From Janthinobacterium sp. 1_2014MBL_MicDiv (lineage in GTDB: Bacteria > Pseudomonadota > Gammaproteobacteria > Burkholderiales > Burkholderiaceae_D): a stretch of 32,000 bases of DNA. The stretch lies in assembly GCF_001865675.1 (NCBI RefSeq), contig NZ_CP011319.1, forward strand, positions 1,318,099-1,350,098, given 5' to 3'. The position numbers and the translations under genes were made by a program. Shown here one piece after another: positions 25,349 to 32,000 of this stretch; positions within the stretch are counted from its first letter, which is position 1, and the number at the start of each line of letters is the position of its first letter. The notes below the pieces were generated by a model. The model searched no databases. It was not told the origin of the DNA and worked only from the letters and a program-made list of their open reading frames with translations.

Positions 25349-27139
25349 ATGCAAACTGCTATCTTGCCGCTGCCTGCACGGTCGCGTTCTCCCTTGTCGC
25401 GCCTGAACTGGCCGCGCGGCGTGGTCGTGGCGATCACCCTGGTCGCCATCTTCCTGCCGCTGTTCCTGATTTTTTACCAAAGCTTTTTGAACGCGCCCTT
25501 CTTCATGCCGGTGCGCGAATTCGGCTTTGACTCCTACCGTTTCATCTTCGATGATCCCGATTTTTCGATGGCCTTCAAGAATGGCCTGATGCTCGCCTTC
25601 GGCCTGACCGTCATCGCCGTGCCGCTGGGCGGCATGCTGGCCTTCCTGATGGTGCGCACGGACCTGCCCGGCCGCGGCTGGGTAGCGCCCATGCTGCTGG
25701 TGCCGATCTTTGTGTCGCCGATGGTGATGGGCTTTGGCTACGTCGTCTCGATGGGCCCCGTGGGCTTTTATTCGACCTGGGCCAAGGAGCTGCTGGGCTT
25801 CGTGCCCTGGAATATCTATTCATTCACCAGCATCGTCATCATCGCCGGCCTGACGCACGTGCCGCACGTCTACCTGTACGCCTCGTCGGCCCTGAAAAGC
25901 CTCGGCTCGGACGTGGAAGAAGCGGCCCGCGTGGCCGGCGCCTCGCCGGTGCAGGTGATGATGAACGTGTCGCTGCCGATGATCATGCCGGCGCTCGCGT
26001 ATGCGGGCGTGCTGGTGTTCTTCCTCGGCTTCGAGGTGTTCGGCCTGGTGCTGGTGCTCGGCGACCCGGAAGGCCATCTGGTGCTGCCGACCTATCTGTA
26101 CAAATTGACGAACAAGCTGGGCACGCCGTCGTACCACCTGATGGCCGCCGTCGCCGTCTGCCTGGTGATGGTGACCATGCCGCTGGTGATGATACAGCGC
26201 TGGCTGCTCAAGTCGGCCAACAAGTATGTGTCGATCAAGGGCAAGGGCGCGCGCAGCAAGGCCATGCCGCTGGGCCGCTGGAAGTGGCTGGCGTTCGCGC
26301 TGCTGGCCGGCTGGCTGATCTTCACCATCATCCTGCCGCTGACGGGCATCGTGCTGCGCTCGTTCGTGCAGTACTGGGGCGAGGGCGTGCACCTGGCCGA
26401 CGTGCTGACCCTGCAGCATTTCCGCGATATCTTCGAGCAGCCGTCGCTGGTGCGCGGCATCGTCAACACCATCCTGATCGGCGTCGTCGGCGGCGCCCTG
26501 GCCGTGGGCTGCTACAGCTTCATCGCGCTGGCCATGCACCGCAAGCAGGATGGCATCACGCGCCTGCTCGACTACAGCGTGCTGGTGCCGCGCGCCGTGC
26601 CGGGCCTGCTGGCCGGCCTGTCCTTCCTGTGGGTGTTCCTGTTCGTGCCGGCCTGGCTCGACGGCATATTGAAAGGCATGGACAACGGCGTCGCCCTGTG
26701 GCTCAGCGGTCACGTGATTCCCGTGCTGCGCGAACTGCGTTCGACCATCTTTGCCCTGTGGCTCGCATATTCGGTGGTGTGGATGGCCTATGGCATGCGC
26801 CTGATTTCCACCGCGCTGCTGCAGGTGGGGCCGGAACTGGAAGAGGCGGCGCGCGCCGTCGGCGCCAGCCGCGGCCAGGTGACGCGCGACGTCACCCTGC
26901 CGCTGATCAAGTACGGTTTGCTGGGCGCCTGGCTGATGGTGTTCCTGATCTTCGAGCGCGAATATTCGACCGGCGTGTACCTGCTGTCGCCGGGCACGGA
27001 AGTGATCGGCGCCATGCTGGTATCGCTGTGGGCGGGCGGCTCGACCGACCTGGTGGCGGCGCTGTCCTTCATCAACATCACCCTGGTGGCCATCGGCCTG
27101 GGCATCGCGCTGCGCTTTGGCGTGAAGTTACATAACTAA
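25349..27139 (+). CDS. ABC transporter permease, fused two-domain FbpB/ThiP-type
   Basis: 596 aa with about 12 hydrophobic helices. It has two EAA loops: DVEEAARVAGASPVQV and ELEEAARAVGASRGQV. Confidence 0.88.
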   Translation: MQTAILPLPARSRSPLSRLNWPRGVVVAITLVAIFLPLFLIFYQSFLNAPFFMPVREFGFDSYRFIFDDPDFSMAFKNGLMLAFGLTVIAVPLGGMLAFLMVRTDLPGRGWVAPMLLVPIFVSPMVMGFGYVVSMGPVGFYSTWAKELLGFVPWNIYSFTSIVIIAGLTHVPHVYLYASSALKSLGSDVEEAARVAGASPVQVMMNVSLPMIMPALAYAGVLVFFLGFEVFGLVLVLGDPEGHLVLPTYLYKLTNKLGTPSYHLMAAVAVCLVMVTMPLVMIQRWLLKSANKYVSIKGKGARSKAMPLGRWKWLAFALLAGWLIFTIILPLTGIVLRSFVQYWGEGVHLADVLTLQHFRDIFEQPSLVRGIVNTILIGVVGGALAVGCYSFIALAMHRKQDGITRLLDYSVLVPRAVPGLLAGLSFLWVFLFVPAWLDGILKGMDNGVALWLSGHVIPVLRELRSTIFALWLAYSVVWMAYGMRLISTALLQVGPELEEAARAVGASRGQVTRDVTLPLIKYGLLGAWLMVFLIFEREYSTGVYLLSPGTEVIGAMLVSLWAGGSTDLVAALSFINITLVAIGLGIALRFGVKLHN

Positions 27140-27159
27140 TTAAAGACTGAGACAAGATC

Positions 27160-28233
27160 ATGAATGAACTGACCGTCAATGAACTGCACCTGGACTATGG
27201 CACCGGCGCCTCCGCCAACCCCATCCTGAAGGGGGTCTCGATGCACCTGAAAAAAGGCGAAGTGGTCGCCTTGCTGGGGCCTTCGGGCAGCGGCAAGACC
27301 ACCTTGCTGCGCGCCGTGGCCGGACTGGAAAGCCCGAAGGCGGGCACCATCGAGATCGGCGAGCGCAATGTCTACGACGGCGCGAAGCACTTCGAGATGC
27401 CGGCCGAGCAGCGCAACCTGGGCCTGGTGTTCCAGTCGTACGCGCTGTGGCCGCACAAGACCGTCTTCGACAACGTCGCCTACGGCCTCAAGCTGCGCAA
27501 GATGGGCACGGCCGATATCGCCGGGCGCGTGAAGGAAGTGCTGACGCAGCTGGGCCTGGGACATCTGGGCGAGCGCTATCCGCATCAGCTGTCCGGCGGC
27601 CAGCAGCAGCGCGTGGCGATCGCCCGGGCACTGGTGTACAACCCGCCCGTGATCCTGCTCGACGAACCGCTGTCGAACCTCGATGCCAAGCTGCGCGAGG
27701 AGGCGCGGGCGTTCCTGCGCGAACTGATCGTGCGCCTGGGCCTGTCCGCGCTGATGGTGACGCATGACCAGGGCGAGGCGATGGCCATTTCCGACCGCAT
27801 CCTGCTGCTCAATAACGGCAAGATCGAGCAGCAGGGCACGCCGCAAAGCATGTATGAAACGCCCGATACCCTGTTCACGGCGGAATTCATGGGCAGTAAC
27901 AACCGCCTGCCCGGCAAGGTGGTGCAGCGCGACGGCAACGCCGTGCGCCTGCTGGTCGACGGCGCCGCCATGCAGGGCGTGGCGCGCGGCGCCAACGTCG
28001 GTACCGAAGTAACTACCATGATCCGCGTCGAGGAAGTGAAAATCAGCGCCACCCCGGTGGACAACGCCATCGAGTTGCCGCTGCTGACCTGCATGTACCT
28101 GGGCGACCGCTGGGAATGCCTGTTCGAGCGCGGCGGCGCCGAGAACATCAGCCTGCGCGCGTATTCGCGCCACAAGCTGGAAGCGGGCAAGTACTGGCTG
28201 CATATGCCCGCCGATAAGCTCTGGGTGTTTTAA
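27160..28233 (+). CDS. ABC transporter ATP-binding protein (FbpC/PotA-like, with a TOBE-like C-terminal domain)
   Basis: Walker A GPSGSGKTT, signature LSGGQQQRVAIARAL, Walker B VILLDEPLS, H-loop VTHDQ. Confidence 0.92.
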   Translation: MNELTVNELHLDYGTGASANPILKGVSMHLKKGEVVALLGPSGSGKTTLLRAVAGLESPKAGTIEIGERNVYDGAKHFEMPAEQRNLGLVFQSYALWPHKTVFDNVAYGLKLRKMGTADIAGRVKEVLTQLGLGHLGERYPHQLSGGQQQRVAIARALVYNPPVILLDEPLSNLDAKLREEARAFLRELIVRLGLSALMVTHDQGEAMAISDRILLLNNGKIEQQGTPQSMYETPDTLFTAEFMGSNNRLPGKVVQRDGNAVRLLVDGAAMQGVARGANVGTEVTTMIRVEEVKISATPVDNAIELPLLTCMYLGDRWECLFERGGAENISLRAYSRHKLEAGKYWLHMPADKLWVF

Positions 28234-28238
28234 CGGCT

Positions 28239-28261
28239 GGGCGCCGGCCTGGCCGGCGCCC
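28239..28261 (+). terminator. Weak terminator-like GC hairpin after the ABC ATPase gene (no U-tract)
   Basis: GGGCGCCGG-CCTGG-CCGGCGCCC: a 9-bp stem beginning 6 nt after the stop codon. Confidence 0.3.
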
Positions 28262-29126
28262 CCCAAGCACCTGCGCCGCCGCCGTCACGACGGGCGCCCT
28301 GCGCGCCATGGCCTTGCCGCGCCTGCCTGCATGGCGCGCGCGGGCCGGTTCTTCACCGGCGTCGCCCCGGGCCGCCGTTCCAGCCCCGATTTCCTGCATG
28401 CCGCTCCCCGCCACCTGGCCGGCGCCGACTTCAGCAGCGTATTGATGCTGATGCCGGCCGCCGCCTTTCTGCGCCCGTTGCACAGAGTGGCAAGCCAGCC
28501 AGGCACGCTCATCCTGGTCCTCTTCCCCGCTGCTATTGCCGATCGCTCCATTCTTCTCCATGGCGGGAAGGTGGAGCCGTCAAAGTTGAATCTGTTGGCG
28601 GCCGTGGGCATAAAGCAAGCGCTCTATATTGTTACTGCAGCGTAGCCGGTTTAATCCTCGCTGACATATGTGGAGGGCATCGTGGCATGCCGGGTGGCGG
28701 GAATGGGGGATGCCAGTTTTTTTGGAGTTTGTATAGACGGCGCGCTGGCCGGTGGCGTCCGATGCCTGCGTTTGCCGCGCCACCGCGCCATGCTGTGCGT
28801 GTTATCTAAAAACAACGCTCTTGTGGTCGTAAAAGAGAGCTTCTTTTTATTGTTGATAAAAAACCTCTTTTTTGAGAATGCAGCTTGTTTGCTGACGAGC
28901 GACGCTTTTTTCCTCGGAAGATAATAGATGGGATGTTACAAATAGTAACTGGGGCGGCGTATTCCGTAAAACAGGGTTTTAGGCTCCCCATTTAAAAAGT
29001 TGCCGCAGGGCCATTTATTTTAGTTATTTTGACTTCCTTAGTTTATAATTTGAAAAGAACGCCGGCGGGGCTTTTTGCGCAGTTTTGACGTGAGTTCGCC
29101 CTTTTTTTGAACTCAGGAAAATGCAT

Positions 29127-29888
29127 ATGCGCACCGATGGTGTCCGTTTTTCAATTGTCAGACATGCCGCCTGGGCGCCAGGCCTGGAAACGCAGCAGCA
29201 GTGGCAGGCGTGGGCGCAAAGCACCGTGCCCGTTGCACCGATTGCCGTCGCCGGCGAGCCTGGTGTGCGCGCGATGGCGCCGATGCTGCGCCGCCGCGCA
29301 GGCCAGCTGGGCAAGATGGCACTCGAAGTGGCGTACGCCTGCCTGGGCGAACAGCGCGATATTCCGTTGGTCTTTTGCTCGCGCCATGGCGAGGTGGCGC
29401 GCGCCGTCGAACTGTTGTCGGCGCTGGCCCAGGGCGAGCCCTTGTCGCCGACCGCGTTCGGCATGGCCGTGCACAATGCCAGCGCCGGCCTGTTTTCCAT
29501 CGCCCGCGCCGATACGGCGAACCAGCTGGCTGTCGCCGCCGGTGCCGCCAGCCTCGAGGCCGCAGTGATCGAGGCGTGCAGCCTGCTGGCCGATGGCGCG
29601 GCGCAGGTATTGCTGGTGCTGGCGGAGTGTCCCTTGCCGTTTCCATTCGAGGCCTTTGAAGATTGCCATGAGCAGCCGCATGCATTTGCCTGGCTGCTGC
29701 AGGCCGAGGCTGCCCCGCACACGGGTTTTGGCCTGACGTGGCGCGCCCGCGGCAGCGACGACGCGTTGCCGGTGGCGGCCGATGCCATGCCCGGCAGCCT
29801 GGCCGTGCTGCGTTTCATGCTGGGCGAAGCCCGCGCGTTCGAACATGCGGCCAACCGCCAGACCTGGCGCTGGAGCCGCCATGCATAA
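29127..29888 (+). CDS. Beta-ketoacyl synthase-like chain-length-factor protein (KS N-terminal-domain-only family, ApeC-like)
   Basis: About 250 aa with the block SPTAFGMAVHNASAGLFSIA and no Cys-His-His catalytic triad, as in the PF13723-type partner subunits of aryl-polyene clusters. I prefer the ATG at 29127, which has AGGAAA 6 nt upstream, over the ATG at 29121. Confidence 0.7.
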   Translation: MRTDGVRFSIVRHAAWAPGLETQQQWQAWAQSTVPVAPIAVAGEPGVRAMAPMLRRRAGQLGKMALEVAYACLGEQRDIPLVFCSRHGEVARAVELLSALAQGEPLSPTAFGMAVHNASAGLFSIARADTANQLAVAAGAASLEAAVIEACSLLADGAAQVLLVLAECPLPFPFEAFEDCHEQPHAFAWLLQAEAAPHTGFGLTWRARGSDDALPVAADAMPGSLAVLRFMLGEARAFEHAANRQTWRWSRHA

Positions 29889-30672
29889 GCTGGGGGCTGT
29901 ACGCGCCGGCCTGTCGGTAGCCTGGCGCACCATCGCGACCGCATTCAGTTTTGCCGCTTTTGGCCTGGGCGGCTTGCTGTTGCGCGTGCTGGTGTTCCCC
30001 TTGTTGCAGTTGCTGGTATGGCGGCGCGAAACGCGCATTGCCTGCGCGCGCGCCGTCATCCGCTGGAGCTTCCGATTTTATATCGGATTGATGCGTTTTC
30101 TCGGCGTGCTGCGCTACGACTTGCGCGGTCTCGACAAGCTGGAGCGGGGCGGCTTGCTGATCCTGGCCAATCATCCGACCCTGATCGACACGATTTTCCT
30201 GATGGCGTATGTTAGGCAGGCCGATTGCATCGTCAAGTCCGATTTGTGGAACAACCCGTTTACGGGTGGTCCCGTGCGCGCGGCAGGCTATATCAACAAT
30301 ACGGGCGGCGCCGAACTGGTGGACGCTTGCCTGGCATCGCTGGCACGCGGCAACAACCTGATCATTTTCCCGGAAGGCACGCGCACGCCACGCAGCGGCG
30401 AGGTGGTGCTGAAGCGGGGCGCGGCGAATATCGCCGTGCGCGGCCGCCGCGACGTGACGCCCGTGCTGATCCGCTGCCTGCCCAGGACCCTGGGCAAGGG
30501 CGAGCCGTGGTGGCGCGTGCCGGCCCGCCGCGCGCATTTCGAGATTGCCGTGCAGGACGACCTGGCGATCGACGAGTTTACCGGCGGTGGCGCCAGCGAC
30601 GTGATGGCGGCGCGCACCTTGACCACTCATCTGCAACATTACTTTAGCGGGAAACAGGAACAACATGCTTGA
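29881..30672 (+). CDS. Lysophospholipid/1-acyl-glycerol-3-phosphate acyltransferase family protein (LPLAT, ApeD-like)
   Basis: Motif I NHPTLIDT (HX4D) and motif III FPEGTRTP, plus an N-terminal membrane anchor. The ATG at 29881 overlaps the upstream stop by 8 nt. Confidence 0.8.
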   Translation: MHKLGAVRAGLSVAWRTIATAFSFAAFGLGGLLLRVLVFPLLQLLVWRRETRIACARAVIRWSFRFYIGLMRFLGVLRYDLRGLDKLERGGLLILANHPTLIDTIFLMAYVRQADCIVKSDLWNNPFTGGPVRAAGYINNTGGAELVDACLASLARGNNLIIFPEGTRTPRSGEVVLKRGAANIAVRGRRDVTPVLIRCLPRTLGKGEPWWRVPARRAHFEIAVQDDLAIDEFTGGGASDVMAARTLTTHLQHYFSGKQEQHA

Positions 30673-30919
30673 ACAAGAAGTGAAGGAACTGATCATCGAG
30701 GCGCTGCAACTGGAAGACATGAGCGCTGCCGATATCGATACGGATGCGCCCCTGTTTGTCGAGGGCCTGGGACTCGATTCGATCGATGCGCTGGAACTGG
30801 GCGTCGCCCTGCAAAAAAAATACGGCATTTCCCTGTCGGCCGATTCGGCCGATACGCGCCGCCACTTTGCCTCGGTACGGGCGCTGGCGGCCATGGTTGA
30901 CACTCACAGAAAGAAGTAA
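30665..30919 (+). CDS. Acyl carrier protein (ApeE-like)
   Basis: 84 aa, with the phosphopantetheine-attachment motif GLGLDSIDALEL. AGGAA lies 5 nt upstream, and the start overlaps the upstream stop by 8 nt. Confidence 0.85.
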   Translation: MLEQEVKELIIEALQLEDMSAADIDTDAPLFVEGLGLDSIDALELGVALQKKYGISLSADSADTRRHFASVRALAAMVDTHRKK

Positions 30920-30930
30920 GGAGCAGCAAA

Positions 30931-31206
30931 ATGGTAGATATGAGCGCAATGAGCCGCGATGAACTGTACGCGTGGGTAGTCCAACTGCTGGCTGAAATGT
31001 TCGAGCTGGATCCGGCGGCGCTGACGCCGCAGTCGAATCTGTATGCGGAACTCGATATCGACAGCATCGACGCGGTCGACCTGGCGGTCAAGTTGAAGCA
31101 GTTGACGGGCAAGCGCCTGCAGCCGGAAGTGTTCAAGACCATCCGCACGATCGACGACGTGGTCGAGGCGCTGCGCGCGATGTCGGCGACGGAACAGGCG
31201 GCATAA
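30931..31206 (+). CDS. Second acyl carrier protein (ApeF-like)
   Basis: 91 aa, with the motif ELDIDSIDAVDLAVKL. AAGGAG lies 7 nt upstream. Confidence 0.85.
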   Translation: MVDMSAMSRDELYAWVVQLLAEMFELDPAALTPQSNLYAELDIDSIDAVDLAVKLKQLTGKRLQPEVFKTIRTIDDVVEALRAMSATEQAA

Positions 31207-31209
31207 CGC

Positions 31210-31755
31210 GTGCTGCTCAATGCCGTCGCGTTGCTGCTGACCGTGCTGTATCCGCTGGCGATCTGGTTCGGTCACGGCCAGGTCGAGCCGCGCTGGCTGG
31301 CGCTGCTGCTGTTGCTGGCCGCCGCCTGCCGCCTGCCCGCGCTGAAGCTGCAGCGCGCCGCGCGCTGGTCGGTGGCCGCCGCGCTGCTGCTGGCCGCCAT
31401 CGCCCTGTGGAGCAACCTGCTGCTGCCGCTGAAACTGTATCCGGTGCTCGTCAACGCCGTCTTGCTGGCCACCTTCGGCTACAGCCTGTGGGCGCCGCCG
31501 TCGGTGGTGGAGCGCCTGGCGCGCCTGCGCGAGAAGGATTTTCCACCCGCGGCCGTGCGCTATACGCGCCGCGTGACGCAGGTCTGGTGCGGTTTCTTCA
31601 TCGTCAATGGCGGCATCGCGCTGGGCACGGCGCTGTGGGCCAGCGAAGCCGTCTGGTCGCTGTGCACGGGCGTCATCGCCTATGTCCTGATGGCCCTGTT
31701 ATTTGGCGGCGAGTATCTCGTCCGCCTGCGTTTTAAGCGTTTGCACCATGTCTGA
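31210..31755 (+). CDS. Small integral membrane protein (COG4648-like position, ApeG-like)
   Basis: 181 aa with 4-5 hydrophobic helices. The GTG start is 3 nt after the ACP stop. The assignment rests on position within the conserved APE gene order. Confidence 0.6.
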   Translation: MLLNAVALLLTVLYPLAIWFGHGQVEPRWLALLLLLAAACRLPALKLQRAARWSVAAALLLAAIALWSNLLLPLKLYPVLVNAVLLATFGYSLWAPPSVVERLARLREKDFPPAAVRYTRRVTQVWCGFFIVNGGIALGTALWASEAVWSLCTGVIAYVLMALLFGGEYLVRLRFKRLHHV

Positions 31756-32000
31756 ATCCTCGTTGCCGGAAGTACCCGTGCCTGAAACACGTTCGCCGAT
31801 TTCCCCGCTGGCGCGCCTGGCGCTGGCCATGCATGGCCGCCCGCCAGCCATGCCAATCGGCTGGCGCGATGGCGCCATGCTCGATCACGCGCATGTTGCC
31901 GCGCGCATGGCGGCGTGGGCCGATCTGCTGGAGCGCCAGGCAGGCCGCCATTTCGCCCTGTACCTGGACGACAGCATCGAGTTTGGCGCCGCCTTGCTGG
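31748..32000 (+). CDS. N-terminus of a probable AMP-dependent synthetase/ligase (ApeH-like); 3-prime end lies outside the window
   Basis: An open frame, not in the ORF track because it has no stop in the window, translates as MSESSLPEVPVPETRSPISPLARLALAMHGRPPAMPIGWRDG...RHFALYLDDSIEFGAALL. The ATG overlaps the upstream stop by 8 nt. The product call rests mainly on gene order. Confidence 0.5.
   Translation, partial: MSESSLPEVPVPETRSPISPLARLALAMHGRPPAMPIGWRDGAMLDHAHVAARMAAWADLLERQAGRHFALYLDDSIEFGAALL

Noticed and set aside
28148-28611. Minus-strand ORFs at 28148-28561 (137 aa) and 28285-28611 (108 aa) in the gap after the ABC operon
   Set aside because: One overlaps the 3-prime end of the ATPase gene. 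Both are low-complexity Gly/Ala/Arg sequences. The 28285-28611 ORF uses many AGA/AGG codons, which real genes in this window avoid.
29029-29049. Apparent consensus promoter: TTGACT (29029-29034) plus TATAAT (29044-29049)
   Set aside because: The spacer is only 9 nt, which is incompatible with sigma-70 geometry. The TATAAT hexamer may still be a -10, but its properly spaced -35 (TAGTTA) is weak.
1-32000. Search by eye for CRISPR arrays, tRNA/rRNA genes, IS elements, integrases and toxin-antitoxin pairs
   Set aside because: I found no regularly spaced direct repeats, no cloverleaf-like or rRNA-like segments, and no transposase, integrase or small paired ORFs. The absence is based on visual inspection only and should be confirmed with tRNAscan-SE, Infernal, ISfinder-type searches and CRISPR detection tools.

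Overview
This is a GC-rich (roughly 60-65%) proteobacterial chromosome segment. Gene content and order look like Burkholderiales/Oxalobacteraceae, which is a low-confidence guess based on the split arnA, a TctC/Bug-type binding protein, an alaA-hom pair and Burkholderiales-type porin termini. I can support 27 protein-coding genes. I saw no rRNA, tRNA, CRISPR array, transposase or integrase.

Gene order, left to right:
1. nt 1-5024 (+): the 3-prime 5 kb of a giant Upf1-like SF1 helicase fused to a DUF559/Vsr-like nuclease fold and a DUF3320-like tail. Its codon usage is visibly atypical and its 5-prime end lies outside the window.
2. A bidirectional terminator, then PhoH2 (PIN plus PhoH ATPase) and bcp on the minus strand.
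3. nt 7764-15132 (-): a complete-looking lipid A aminoarabinose (arn) cluster, in the order DUF498-arnT / arnB-arnC-arnA(FT)-arnA(DH)-arnD. arnA is split and there is no arnE/F.
4. alaA-hom (+).
5. An rraB-like gene and a small outer-membrane beta-barrel gene (-).
6. A tctE/tctD-like two-component system (-), divergent from porin-tctC-ABC importer (binding protein, fused permease, ATPase) (+). The usual tctB/tctA genes are absent.
7. An ~890-nt gap with no convincing gene.
8. The first six genes of an aryl-polyene (APE)-type type II PKS/lipid cluster (ApeC-to-ApeH-like order), running off the right edge.

The best candidates for something new are:
- the helicase-nuclease giant protein, a possible single-protein defence or nucleic-acid surveillance module at an island edge;
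- the tctDE/porin/tctC/Fbp-type ABC hybrid locus;
- the structured intercistronic element inside that ABC operon;
- the uncharacterised gap upstream of the APE-like cluster.

None of these can be shown to be novel from sequence alone, so each finding lists a decisive check. All family assignments come from motif recognition by eye, not database searches.
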